Positions 35,128 to 48,263 are shown, counted from the first letter of the stretch. The stretch is DNA of 64,000 nucleotides from the human T2T-CHM13v2.0 reference genome, Homo sapiens (GCF_009914755.1 NC_060931.1), one strand, 5' to 3'. Numbers and translations are program-made. The notes: generated from the letters alone by a model not told the origin.

Positions 35128-35618
35128 TGGTGCAGCAACGCCATTCTGTCCTGTGTGCTTCGCAATCCGAAAGTGAATCGATCGTAGGTGTATGACTACA
35201 GCAAATGCAGACACATTCTCCCCACTTTCCCTCCCTGCCATGGTTCTCTAGTACAAGATGCTTGAATTTTTTCTCACTGAGCTTCACTGCTGCCACTGGA
35301 GGTCTGAATTGATTTTGCCTCAACTAGTTAGAGAAGACTGAGACTGACTGAGCCGAAGCTCTCTGCTTTCTTGAGGTGACGAGATGCTATCGATTATGGG
35401 CTCTGTGCCCCTGTCACGTTCACACGACATCCCAAACCAGACTCTACTGGACTCGTTCCTCCCCTCTGCCTGTGTCCCTCACTCCACCAGGCCCCGCGAG
35501 CATCCTCCCTGTAGCTCTCTGGCCACCCCACCTGTTTCTCTTCCACGGAGGCACCTCTGTCTCCTGGATTCCCACCACCTCTCCCTGTTCTCCCGAACAC
35601 CACTCAATCTCACTTCTA

Positions 35619-35958
35619 GTGTCTCCTCCACTCGGAAGCCAGGGTGGGGGTCTACAGTGCAGGTCTGACACCTCCCGTGTCTCCTCCACTCGGAAGCCAG
35701 GATGGGGGTCTACAGTGCAGGTCGGACACCTCCCGTGTCTCCTCCACTCGGAAGCCAGGGTGGGGTTCTACAGTGCAGGTCTGACACCTCCCGTGTCTCC
35801 TCCACTCGGAAGCCAGGGTGGGGTTCTACAGTGCAGGTCGGACACCTCCCGTGTCTCCTCCACTCGGAAGCCAGGGTGGGGTTCTACAGTGCAGGTCTGA
35901 CACCTCCCGTGTCTCCTCCACTCGGAAGCCAGGGTGGGGTTCTACAGTGCAGGTCTGA
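35619..35958. repeat. Minisatellite, 58-bp unit x ~5.9
   Basis: GTGTCTCCTCCACTCGGAAGCCAGGGTGGGGTTCTACAGTGCAGGTCTGACACCTCCC. Confidence 0.95.
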
Positions 35959-37669
35959 ACACATGTGCAGCCCTGTGCAAAGCTCTTCAGAGGCTCCTCA
36001 TGCCCTCTGGAGAATTTTCAAGTTCGCAGGGAGTGTATGAGGCCATCCTTTCGGTCATTCATGCCATTTTCCCACCTCTCCCCTGTCTTTCCGCCATGGC
36101 CAGTCATGGGAATTTTCCTAAACATAGCCTCTTTCTCATCTGTAAAAAGTATTCTTTCTGCAATATTCTGTAAAAAGTATTTTTTCTCTTGTAGAATGTC
36201 TTTCTGCCTGCCCCTCTCACCCGCATGTCAACCCCCTTCACTGGGGCAATTTCTCTTCATCTCCCAGACTTGGCCTGGGCCACCTTCTCTGGGAAGCCCT
36301 CCGGACCCCTGAACACCGTGGGTCTGACAATATCTTTATGCTCCTTCTGCATCTGGGCACCTGGAACTTGCCGTGAGCATGGCTGTGGTGGGTCCTTAGC
36401 CCGAGTGACCACGTGAACTTGCAGCTGGCACACATAGGTGAGTAAAGGTCCACACGGGGCTGGACCACCTAGAAAAACAGCTTTTGCTTATTTACCCAAA
36501 GTAAGCTGTGCTGGGGAAAGGAAGAGGAAGGTTTTGAAGGTGGATACAGAATTTCCGTCTAACTGAGCACGTGGGGACTGGAGCAATTCACTGAAGAAAT
36601 GAAAGGTGCGGGAATAGGCAAGCCCTTGATGTCTGGAGCAGATCGCATCAGCTACTACTAAGCCGCTGTTGTCAGGCACAGAGAAGACACTCAGCATCGG
36701 ATGAGAGAATAAAGCCGTGTGCGGTGTGGCTTCATGTCTCTCACAATAGCGCTCCCGAGTGCGGCCGCTCCACCTTTCCCACCCAGGAGAAGCCGCTTAA
36801 AAAGCCAGGCAGGGGCTCTTCAGTGCAAAGGTTCTGCCCCGGACTCTCACCAGCTGCTGAGAGCGGGTGCGGCCTCTCTGAGTTTTGGCTTGAGCCGGGG
36901 CCTGGAAAGGCCAACTGCCTGTTGGCCTAAAGAGCTAGAAAAGGATGAATGGATTCATATTTACAAAGACACCACAGAGTCTGTCTGAACAGTGCTGCGT
37001 ATCTGCAATCTGCTCGTCACCCATCCCCTTGTGCCTAGTGACGTGAGCCCCAGGACAGTCTGTTCAGTAGCACCATTTGCAACCCCTGTGATGGGAATCT
37101 TCGTGACTATGTGACATGTTCCCCATCTCTCTCTCTCTGTTGTTTTATTTTCCTTTGACAATGTCAAGCTGGAAATTAGAAGCAATGTGGCATGCGGAGC
37201 CACTCAGATCTGAAGCAGAGTGCATGGTGGGGCCATCTAAGTATGTTTTTCTGCACAATGTGAACCCCGGCTGTTCAAAGCTAAGAGCCACCCACTGCAG
37301 GGCACAGTGCTCTGGTGAGAGGAGGTCACCTCGAAGTGGGCCCCCCGCATGGTGCTGCCAAATGCATGCACAGATTACACTTTATGAAAGGTTTCCTTTG
37401 CTTTGAATAGTTGGCTGTCTCAGAAAAACTGCAGCACCCACTGGTTGGAAATTACATCTGAACTGCAGTGGAGATGCAGGGGAGACATCGCACAGGAGCG
37501 TCAGCCATGGGACAGCTGCACATGCCTGCAGTGTCATCCCTGCCAGCTCTCAGAGGCACCTGCTTCTGCCCTGGGGATCCTGCTGAAAGGTTCTTGAGCT
37601 GCTGCTCAGCAGGGACACAGGAGAGGGCCGGATGTGAGGGGTAGACACTATAAGCAGACCTGCAGGCCC

Positions 37670-37800
37670 AGCCATGCCACGTGCAGACCACTGCCCACCC
37701 TCTGCAGATGGGAAGGAGAGGCCCAGGGAGGCTGCCTGTCTGCTCAGGGTCACACAACAACACCCAAAGGTAGGATGTGAACCCAGATCTGCTTTGCACT
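37670..37800 (-). mobile_element. MIR SINE fragment (GC-shifted)
   Basis: CCCTCTGCAGATGGGAAGGAGAGGCCCAGGGAGG...TGCTCAGGGTCACACAAC...GGATGTGAACCCAGATCTG. Confidence 0.55.
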
Positions 37801-38213
37801 GAAGACCTCAATTTTTACTATTAGTCTTACCACATAGACAAATTAAATGTGACGTGTTTAAGTTGCATTAAACTGATGAGATTTGAGGAAGCTCTTTTCC
37901 AAAAATTCTCTTTAATATCAAAGATACATTGTCCTTGTAGTACACTAAGCATGATTGTTTTTGAGTAAAAAGAACCACCCTTTGGGGTGTTGGTGCTTAT
38001 GTAGGATGATCCAACCCTGGCAGTAAAAGGGAGGGATTTAAATCTACCGGAGTGGCCCACAGAAAACAACCTGCCGGTGTCAAGATGCTCATATCAGTGC
38101 TGAAGTAAGGAGTGGGGCTCTTTGGGAGCATCAGAGCAAACTTCTTGTCCATGATCCACACGGGCTACGAGCCCCTGCAGTGCCTTGTGCATGGTGGCAG
38201 CCACATCAACTCA

Positions 38214-38512
38214 CACCCAAATTCCGAATTACAGTCAGATAAAGTAAAGTAAAGCACGCAGGTCCCCACCTCAACAGCAAGGTTTCCAGCACCCAAATTC
38301 CGAATTACAGTCAGATACAGTAAAGCAAAGCATGCAGGTCCCCATCTCAATAGCAAGGTTTCCAGCACGCAAATTCTGAATTACAGTCAGATAAAGATAA
38401 GTAAAGCACGCAGGTCCCCACCTCAATAGCGAGGTTTCCAGTATCCAAATTCTGAATTACAATAAGATAAAATAAAGCACGCAGGTCTCCTGTCTCACTA
38501 GCAAGGTTTCCA
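38214..38512. repeat. Diverged tandem repeat, ~76-bp unit x4
   Basis: CCAAATTCCGAATTACAGTCAGATA...AAAGCACGCAGGTCCCCACCTCAACAGCAAGGTTTCCAG repeated. Confidence 0.9.
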
Positions 38513-39625
38513 TCACTGAGCGGCCACAGGGGCTGGTGTCTGTCCTGCTGGACAGCACACATGTGGGCCATTCTGTTGCCACAGAAAGTGCTAGAACAGA
38601 GCTGCTCTAGAGACCAGGCCTCTGGCTGCAGGAGAGGAGAGCTGGACAGCCATCTGCAGACCAGGTCACTCTCAGTGCTGTGTGTTGTGGGTGGAGCTCA
38701 CCAAGTGCCAGGATTCACCCTGTGGACACAGCCACATCCCCAGTGGGGCCATCATATGCATATGAACCTAATTTGCCAAAACCCATAATCTTGGGTTAGC
38801 AAAGGTGCGGCCCTGAGGCCTCAACCCCATCGTCCAGTGTCTACTGAAACTCAGCACCAGACAGACAGAGTTGGCCTCAGAACTCCTCAGTCCAGCTTCC
38901 CTCTGGCGTATCTTACAACCTGTGTTAATACCAGGGCTTTTAAGATGTGTTTGCCTAGCAGTTGGTTTTGCTAGGCCCTTGGATAGGTGCATTTGGCTGG
39001 GTACTGGGCACCCGAGAAGGAGAAGGTTGCTACGTATGTGTCTACAAATGCCACAGGTCTCTGGCCTGTGAGACCTCAGCACAGAGCAGAGTGGAGGCAA
39101 TGCTTCCTGAATGAACTAAGCAGGTCCAGGAAGGTATCACTGCACAGGCGGGGAAGAGCAGGGAGTACCCAGGTCCTGGAAGGTGTCGCCGCATGGGCAG
39201 CAGAGAGCAGGGAGGACCTGAGTGGAGGAAGGCGTCGCTGCATGGGCAGTTGAGAGCAGAGAGGCCCCCGTTGGTATGACCACGGGCCCCTGTCAAGAGT
39301 TCCAGTCCAGGTCCTGAGGGACATGTTCTCTGCACATTTCCTTCTGGGCATCATCCTCAGAGTTCCCATCTAGTGGTCTGTCAGCGATGGTGGTGTTCAG
39401 AACTTGGTTATAACTCAGCCCCGGCTCCTTTCTGAAGCCTCAGTGCAGATTCTTTTCTCTCCCCTTCCTAGTGTTATTATTAAATTTTATAAGGTCTGTG
39501 CTCCTTACTTTCAAAGCAAACTCTTTTTTGTGCCATCAAAAGGCAAAGTTATAAACAGTTGACTCTGTGACATTGAAATACTGAAATTAAGAAATGAAGA
39601 AGCCTAGAAATTCTCACTGTTACAG

Positions 39626-40217
39626 AAATCTAATGCCCTCCCCCGTGACACTGCAAATCTAATGCCCTCTCCTGTGACACTGCAAATCTAACACCCTCCC
39701 CCTTGACACTGCAAATCTCATACCCTCCCCTGTGACACTGCAAATCTAACGCCCTCCCCTGTGACACTGCAAATCTAACACCCTCTCCAGTGACACTGCA
39801 AATCTATCACCCTCACCTGTGACACTGCAAATCTAACACCCTCCCCACCGTGACACTGCAAATCTAACACTCTCCCCGAAGACACTGCAAATCTAACGCC
39901 CCCCCGTGACACTGCAAATCTAACGCCCTCCCGATCATGACACTGCAAATCTAACACCCTCCCCCATGACACTGCAAATCTAACACCCTCCCCACCACGA
40001 CACTGCAAATCTAACACTCTCCCCCGTGACACTGCAAATCTAACACCCTCCCCCGTGACACTGCAAATCTATCACCCTCACCTGTGACACTGCAAATCTA
40101 ACACCCTCCCCCATGACACTGCAAATCTAACATCCTCCCCACCATGACACTGCAAATATAACACCCTCCCCCCTCCGTGACACTGCAAATCTAACTCCCT
40201 CCCCCATGACACTGCAA
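39626..40217. repeat. Minisatellite, ~30-bp unit x ~20 (GTGACACTGCAAATCTAACACCCTCCCCC)
   Basis: Near-invariant core GACACTGCAAAT with a variable C-tract. Confidence 0.96.
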
Positions 40218-40629
40218 GCGATTCATCAGTAGACCCAGGTCTCTGGGTACTTGAAACCAGAGCAGCCACAGCAAGCCACTGTGTAAGAGTTAGCAGAGAG
40301 GGGCTCCTGGCCGTCTGTGCAGGGACATACGTCCATGCATGTGTATAAAAGATCTCTGTAATTTTTATCAGGGCTAGGACCATCCTGAAAGTGCAGGTCT
40401 CCCAGAGCCAGCCACACTCCCTATGCTGGGCTCTGCATGGAGTGGGGTCAGCATGTGGCCAGCTGCTGCCAAGGTCTCCCTCCCAATAGCCCTCCCAGAG
40501 GCCTCTGCCCACCTTCACCACCTAATCTCCATGCTCAAGCCTCACTGTGTGGCCAGGCTGAGTGCCCATCTCCTCACAGGACACAGCGCTCTCTGCAGGA
40601 CTTTTGCTAAGTGGTTGGTCCCCTGCAGC

Positions 40630-40880
40630 AACACACAGGGGTCCACAGCACACCCTCCACACACGGGGGTCCCCAGCACACCTTCAAATATGGGGGTCCT
40701 TAGCACACCTTCGCACACGGGGGTCCTCGGCCCACCCTCCACACATGGGGGTCTGCAGTGCACCTTCACTCATGGGAGTCCTTGGCCTACCCTCCACACA
40801 CGAGGGTCCTCAGCATGCCTTCCACACGCACAGGGGTCCTCAGCCCACCCTCCACACACGGGAATCCTCGGCACGCCTTT
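40630..40880. repeat. Degenerate ~29-bp tandem repeat x ~8 (CACACGGGGGTCCTCAGCACACCCTCCA-like)
   Basis: Recurrent GGGGTCC...CACCCTCCACACA. Confidence 0.75.
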
Positions 40881-43800
40881 CCAGAGGAGGTGATCTTGAG
40901 GCACCACAAAAGCAGCACCTGGCCCCTGGCCGCTCCCAGCTCAGAGCCCACGGTGGGGTCCTCAGCCTTCACCCTAGTTTTGCTCCCGCATCTGAGGGCT
41001 GCGTGTCACCTCACTGTGACTTCTGACTGCACAGCAGGTGTTGGTGTGGGGAGTCAGGCAGCCTCAGCGAATGTCCTGAAAATGCTCCCACAGAATGTTT
41101 ATATCTTTACAGACACAAAATGCTGCTGGGGTAATACTCTTGGGAAGTATGCAAATGAATTCTTTTTCAGATGTCAAGCAGGAGCGATGATCAGAGAATC
41201 CTCTCATTGAGACTGGGAGCTGGTGGAATATGACTCCACCAGCTCCAGACCCCAACTTCTCCGCGTTCACCTGTACATCGCAAGTGTCTAAAAATGATGT
41301 GTGTCCCCTCCCAGTCCCTCACTGTCTTTCCCCAGATCACACCCCCACAACCCTGTGCTCACGGAGAACTGCCCCCACCTTTTCCAGGAAGGAGGGCTTG
41401 GTTATCAGTCATCCTCCTGCCATCTCGGATGACAGGCAGTGGCAGGGGCTCAACCTTGTCCTTCCTTCTCATTCCCACTGGTGCCACCCCAGCCACCTTC
41501 ATCTGCGTAGCCTGAATCACTGTGGCCTAACTGGGCCCTGGGTCTCCATGCTTCACTCCCAAAGTCAAACACACCGTCTCCCATCCCTGGCATTTCCATG
41601 CCCTCACTTGACGAGGATCTGCAAGAGCCGAGCTCTGTGATGGGCAGCAGGTGTGCACAGCAGGAGGGCCGGGCCTGGTGCTCCCAGCATCTTCAGGCTT
41701 AAAAATTTGGCCCCAGGAAGCCTTTGCATTCATAACTGTAGCTACCACTATTCACTGCTCCAAAATTCAAAGGAGGAGTTCTCGAGACCCAAGAACACAC
41801 AACACACATTCCACTAGCCTCGAAGCCGCATCCTCGCACATCTCACAGCCTGGGGAAGCGATGCAGAATCTCACCAGAGGATAAACAGGCAAAGAACTTT
41901 GGGGCTTTTCTAGGAAAATGTCTTACTCTGCGGACCCCCAGAGGGTCTCAGGGACTTCCCATGCCCCCTCCCATGCCCCAGACGGTCCTTTCTGAATGGC
42001 CGACTTAGACAAAGGCTACACCCTTTAAATTCAGTGACAGCCAACAGAATCACTTCCTGCCCTTGAAATCCAACAATGTCTCCACAGGAAGCATCTGCTG
42101 GCTCAGCACAGCACCAGCTTCAGCCCCCACCTCCTCCCCATCCCTGCTCCTGGACCTGTTGGTTCCGAGGAGGCCCTAGACACCAAGACACCCACCCCAG
42201 ATGCCCAGACTCCCTCAACATGGAGGATCCCCAGACTGAGTCCTCCGCAAATGCTGAAACCCCCTCCCAAGATGCCAAGGAAGCCCCCCACCCCCAGGAT
42301 ACTGAAGTCCTCCCCAGATGCCAAAGCTCCCAGAGGCCAAGCGCTCCCTACCCTGACGCCAAGGCCCCTCTAGGACACCGAAGCCCCCGCCTCCTCTGCT
42401 GAGGAAGTGCCATTCCATGGAAGGCCCGGCTCAGCCTCCCTGGGTCAAGCTCCTGTCTCCTTTCAGGAAGATGGAAGTTCACAGAGGCCGCAGGTGTCTA
42501 AGGGTCAAGTTGATCACTACACCATCCCCTTTTAGTGTTTTTGTATCTGTTTTGACTCCCTATTATTTTTCTGGTAGTTCATCTTTTTATGTGTTTTTAA
42601 CTAAATCCATTCAGACAATCTTGTTCTTCCTCTGCCACTTTTCTCCACGTTGTAAGGGTTTTAAACCAATGTTTCTAAGGGAGCACTGGGCTTCATTTGA
42701 CATTTCCAGTAAGTATCAAAAGCTGCTATCACTTCAATTACAGACACTCCGAGCCCAGGACAGGCTCCAGATGCCCGGCCTTCATGCAGCAAACACCTTC
42801 ACAGGGAAGGAAGGCGGAACTCTCTTTCCTTGCCACAGAAAAGGATTCTAACGGCATTTGACAAAGATTGAGCATGGTGCGTCGCGAACGCCAGCCTGCC
42901 CCCACGGTCATGTCCAGCTTAACCAACACACGGCCCAGCAGTCTCGGTCAGTGGAGCCCACCACCCAAGCGGGGGCGGTACCACTCCCACCACTGACTGA
43001 ACCTTGGAATCAATACAATGCAGGGTAGAGCAATTCATTTGAATTAATGTGTTAAGTGGCACAAATATGTGTTTATCGAGACAAACCTAAGTTTGTGAGA
43101 AAAGGATCTATTGGAAAATTCTTCTTTTTAAAAAAGTTTCATGGAAAAAGCTTCCTGCAAGCATCCGCACTGCTGCAAATATAATAATTGTTTGAAAGCA
43201 TAACATTTAAATCAGAAGCATCCCTAGACATGTTGATTAGAAATAGTCTTAAGAGGGTCAAACTATGTCCACAGAGGCTGGAACACCAAAATAGAGGCAA
43301 AAGTCCTGAGAAGGGAGTTGTTTTTAGTCACCAGGCCAGTGACCACTGTCCAGCAGGTCCACGTGCATGGATGAGAGCTGTGCCCCTCTCTTCTCTAAGC
43401 CAAGGGGCTGTTGGGACAGGCAGCCGCACCTGGCCAGCTCTGCCCTTGCTCATCAGCTGGGAAGCAGCATGCTTCTTGGGGGGCAGGCATTGTCTACAAC
43501 ACAGACTACACAGTCCACAGTCCACAACTCCTGAATCCTGCCTAGTATTTATACAGTAAACAGAGACTCTGAAATAAACACCGTGCCGAATGGAGCCTGT
43601 GCAGCTCCCAGTGCTGTGACCCCACCATGATCGCTCATCTGCTCCAGCTGGAGCACTCTGCCTCTCTACCCATTTTCCTGCTCTCACCGAGTCAGGCCTC
43701 GGACCAGCCCCTGTGTGAGATGGAGATGTGTTTAGTGTGGGAGGAACACGGTGAGAGGTCAGAGACAGAGCAGGGATCCGTGCAGGGATGCGGAGGCCCC

Positions 43801-44144
43801 GGTGCTGGGTGTTCAGGGCTGACTCCTCCCTCCCCAGGCACCTCCTGCCAGAGTGACCTCATGAGCCCTCATGGTTTCAACCCCACCCATTCGCAGCAGC
43901 CACATCCCCACCTGCACTGGGTTCTCCTTCCAGACTCACAGCCTCCACCTGCTAGCTGCTCCCGGCCAACCCCCATGGGCACACTGACCCCGTGTGTCCC
44001 GAAGACCCCCCGCCTGCCTCTGAAGGCCCTTCCATCCTACTGCTCCTCCATCCTGGCGTCTGACAAATCAATGTATCTTTCCCCGTGGATGTTTCTCCAA
44101 CCCATTCACTCTTCTCCCGCTCAGTGACCTGGCCCCTGAACCTG

Positions 44145-44402
44145 CCGTTCCCAACTCAGACAAAGCCGTCTCCAACTCGGACAATGGCGCCTCCAACTCG
44201 AACAATGCCACCTCCAACTTGGACAATGTCGCCTCCACCTCAGACAATGGCGCCTCCAGCTTGGACGATGCCGCCTCCAAGTCAGACGATGCCGCCTCCA
44301 GCTTGGACGATGCCGCCTCCAGCTTGGACGACGTCACCTCCAACTTGGATGATGCCACCTCCAGCTTGGACAATGCCGCCTCCAGCTTGGACAGTGCCGC
44401 CT
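44145..44402. repeat. Minisatellite, 21-bp unit x12, indel-free (CCGCCTCCAGCTTGGACGATG)
   Basis: Direct repeat; the minus-strand frame gives a 7-aa heptad LSKLEAA. Confidence 0.93.
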
Positions 44403-47297
44403 TCCCACCTCCACAAAGTCTGCTTCCTAAAGAGCAAGTCCAGCCACACCACTTCCTGGCTTCAGTTGTCCCATCAGACGACGGGTCACCAACAGCTGGG
44501 GCATTCTCAGGAGCCAAGCTGGGTGCCTTCCCCCTTCCTGGACATCCCTACCCTGCTTGCTGGGCCCAGTCCAGGTTCTGGAAGATTCTGCCTTTCTGTT
44601 CAGCTGTCCCACCTCTCAGTTCCGACAGTGTGAGCCTGGTGGCTAAAGATTCCTAATCTGGCCCTTGAAGACTCAGGCAAACTTAGAAGCTCCTGGTTTC
44701 AAACTTCTCTTTCCCACTTTGCCTCTTGTCTTGAGGTGGCAGAAACAGCTGATGGTGAGGCAGGATAATACGGTCTGGAGGCAAGAAGCAACCACACTTT
44801 TCTAGTCTTGTGAAACAACCAAAGCAACTGTCTGAAGCCTCTTCAGCTGGCCCATGCCTCATGGGAGTTTTGTAGCTCTTTCTGCGTTTGAGAAGACACT
44901 AAAAAAAAAAAAGTAAAATCCAGCTGGTCCTGAGAGACAAGAGTTTCCTCAATCCTGGAAATTCAGCAGGAAAAATACTGTTTATGCACTGAATGAAATC
45001 ACTGAGGCCAAGAATAGTTATTTGTTCACACCATTTCATGGATGCCTATTTTTGTCCCAAAATAAAGACTCTGCATGTCACCATGTTGATGCATCTGGAA
45101 ACAAGTGAGAGGCTTTGTTATCAGCATGCAGCCCAGATGTGAAGGCCCACAGCAGCTCCTGAGGGCACGTAAGCTTGCAGGAACAGGATGATCCTCCACC
45201 GGCTGCCTGGGCCATCTGTGTAAGGGCCCTGTGGACTGAGCCATTTACATCAGTTAGGCCAGCAGCCACAGGGATGGTGTCACCACTGTGGGATTCAACA
45301 CTTTGAAGAATTAAGGCAGAGGTTACTTTTGTCCACAAAATCACATCCTGCAGTAAGGATGTGGGTACAAGTAATTTATTTGGAGGATGATCCCAGAAGC
45401 CAAGTGAGAGAACGGGACAGTAAGCCTGAGAAGGGCGGAAGCCATGAAGTACATGCACAAACCACCAGTGTGGACGGCCGGGGCCCGACACTGCCGGAGA
45501 CCCTCTGAGAGGCATGTGGGATGTGCCTTGAATCGTCTGAGGGTCAAAGAATCAGGGGTCTCTATCCATTGACTCCCATCCCTTGCTCTCTGAAGAGGTG
45601 AACTCCTGAGCAGCCCTGGCCTGCCCTGGGTGTGGGCTAGTGTGCTGCTTAGCTCAGACAGACCAAGGCAGGTGCTTAAGGCTGGAGCCATCAGCATAGA
45701 TGGGAGCTGCCCTGCAGAGCTGAAGGGAGGCACAGGGTGGGCAACTGGGATGTGGGCAGGATGCGAAAAGGTCTGTCAAAGGGGTACTTCTTCCAAGTGG
45801 GCCAAAGACTCCATCAGGTCGAGTAATGACATCACAGAGCAGGTGGCTCCAAGGATCTGTCCCTCCACTGAAGTAACAAGTAAGCTGACAAAAATGGACA
45901 GAAGTGACTGTTCTGGGATTCTGTAGTCTAATTTTAAAAATCAGCAGTAACCAGGGGGTGCTAAATTGAGAAAGAGAATGCTAAATTTTGGTTAAAAGAC
46001 ATTCTGTGGTTTTTGCTTGCCCACCTATTATTCCCCATTCCCCAGTTCAACAGCAGCTACAGGATTGGTGGCCTAAGTTCCTGGTGAGATGTGGTGGTAC
46101 CAGGGGGCAGTATGGATCTTGTTTTCAAAAAACTGTGGCTGTGTGTTTTGAGCTGTCTGGTGGTTCCTTGAGAAACCAGTGCAAAGAGGAACCCTGTTTT
46201 AGCACCTTTGGGCGAGACTGGCTTTCCAGGAGGAAGCTGACGAAATCATGTATAGAGTTATACTGACCAATGCTATCCCAAATTTGATGAAAGACATGAA
46301 TATACATATCCAAGAAGCTCAACTAACTCCAAGTAGAATTGATTCAAAGAGATCCACGCTGACATATTATCATCAAACCATCAAAAGCCAAAGACAGAAA
46401 TTTGAAAGCAGCAAGAGAGAGGCAATTCATCTTGTACTTGAGATCGTCAATAAGATCAACAGCAGTTTTTCACCAGAAACCATGGAGGCCTGAAGGCAGT
46501 GGGATGATGTATTTAATGTGCTGAAAGAAAAATAACTGTCAACCAATAATTCTGTATCAGGCAAAACTATCCTTTGAAAATGAAGCCAAAATTAAGACAT
46601 CCCCTTAGAAGCAAAAGCTGAGGGAGTTTGTCACTAGTAGACAAGCTCTGTAAGAAATGCTAAAGGTGACAGGCTGAAATGTAGGTCATTGAGGCTGAAA
46701 TTCTAAACAGTAACCAGAAGCCATACAAGAAAATAAAGAACTTCAGTAAAATTAACTACATAGGTAAATATAAAACCCAGTATTGTAGCTTTGGTTTGTA
46801 TCTCCTCCTTTTGTCTTCTATATGATTTAAAAGACAAATGCATAAAACAATAATTATAAATCTATGTTAACAGCATACAATGTAGGAAGAGATAATTTGT
46901 GACAATAACAACATAAAGCTGGGAAGGAAGCTATTCAGAAGCAGTTTTTGTGTGCTTTTGAAGCTAAGTTGGTATAAATTCAAACTACATTGTGATAAAT
47001 GTGGGGTGTTAATTGTAATTCCCATGGTAACCACTAAGAAAATAACAAAAAGAAATGTGCAGGAAAAGAAAATGAGAAGGGCATCAAAACAGTACACTAA
47101 AAATTAAATCAAAGAAACAAAAAAAGGCAATATTTGAGGAACTGAGGAAGAAAAAAGGTGTAAGACATACAGAAACCAGCAGCAAAGTGGCAGAAGTAAA
47201 TCCTTCCTTAACAGAAATTACTGTAAATGAAAAGGGATCAAACTCACCAATTAAAAGAGAGACTGACAGAATACATTTTTAAAAGTATGACCAACTA

Positions 47298-47768
47298 CGG
47301 GTTGAATATCCCTAAACCAAAAGTCCAAAATCTAAAATGCTCCAAAATCTGAAAATTTTTGAGTGCCTACATGATGTTCAAAATAAATGCCCATTGAAGT
47401 ATTTTGGATTTCATATTTTTGGATTATGGAAGCTCAACTGGTGAGTCCGGTTGGCCTCAAAACAAGATGTGTTTGAATCAGGCAGGTCCACTTATATGCA
47501 GATTTTTTTCAACCAAATGTGAATTGAAAATATAGTACTCGTGGGATTCAAAACCCATGTATACGGAGAGCTGACTTTTATAAATGTGGGTTCTGCAGGG
47601 CCAACTTTGAGACTTGAGTATGCGTGAATTTTGGTACACATTGCAGGGGGCGGGTGTCTTAGAACCAATCATCTGCATATATGAGATGACCACGAATGTT
47701 CCAAAATTTGAAAAGATCCAAAATCTGAAATACCTCTGTCCCAAGCATTTAAGATAAGGTATACTTTG
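47298..47768 (+). mobile_element. Tigger4a/MER46A-like MITE, split by MER8
   Basis: CGGGTTGAATATCCCTAAACCAAAAGTCCAAAATCTAAAATGCTCCAAAATCTG...GCTCAACTGGTGAGT | ...GTTCCAAAATTTGAAAAGATCCAAAATCTGAAATAC...CCCAAGCATTTAAGATAAGGTATACT. Confidence 0.8.
47447..47692 (+). mobile_element. MER8 (TcMar-Tigger MITE)
   Basis: GGTCCACTTATATGCAGATTTTTTTCAACCAAATGTGAATTGAAAATATAGTA...GACTTGAGTATGCGTGAATTTTGGTA...GAACCAATC matches the MER8 consensus as recalled, with CpG decay. Confidence 0.8.
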
Positions 47769-48009
47769 TATGTAAGATAAGGGATATATGCTGTCGGTTA
47801 GGGACTCACGTCGGATCCAAAGTTGAAAGTAAAATGATGCATTTCGGGATGGTGAAAATGTTACATACAGGTGGCAGTTGCACAATGTTGTGAATGTACC
47901 AAGTGCCACTGAATTGTTCATTTTTAAGTGGTTAATTTTATGCTATGTTAATTTTATCTCAATTTTTTAAAAAGACTCCCTCAATTTAGTTTTGTTTCAT
48001 TCATCTATT

Positions 48010-48120
48010 CCCTATTTATTTGCCTCTCTAGATTATAAAATTGTTGAGAACATGGACAGGAGTTTATTCCTCTTTGTGCTACCCAGCACAGTGCCTGGAA
48101 TAATAAATATTTACTGAAGG
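48010..48120 (+). mobile_element. L2 3' end fragment
   Basis: CTAGATTATAAA...CCCAGCACAGTGCCTGGAATAATAAATATTTACTGAA. Confidence 0.6.
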
Positions 48121-48211
48121 CATCACTAAGCATGGAGTTGAACATCATTGAGGGGCTCAGACACTGGCGGCTGAGTCAATGCCATGCTTGCTGCAGGACA
48201 GCCTGCCCAGG

Positions 48212-48263
48212 CCATCTCAGTCTCAGGTATTTCTTCATAGCAGTATACGAATGGACTAATACA
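48212..48263 (+). mobile_element. MaLR (THE1/MST) LTR 3'-terminal fragment
   Basis: CAGTCTCAGGTATTTCTTCATAGCAGTATACGAATGGACTAATACA. Confidence 0.6.

Larger units (their letters stand above)
45780..47975 (+). mobile_element. Old L1M element (5' region, ORF1 remnant, ORF2 start, then 3' end), interrupted by nested Tiggers
   Basis: ORF1-like remnant PNLMKDMNIHIQEAQLTPSRIDSKRST...FSPETMEA (ORF 46248..46493); CCATGGAGGCCTGAAGGCAGTGGGATGATGTATTTAATGTGCTGAAAGAA; 3' tail GTTGCACAATGTTGTGAATGTACC...TTTTATCTCAATTTTTTAAAAA. Confidence 0.8.

Noticed and set aside
39361-39380. CTCF-like site (minus strand GACCACTAGATGGGAACT)
   Set aside because: Mismatch at the conserved C of GGC; not supportable without ChIP data
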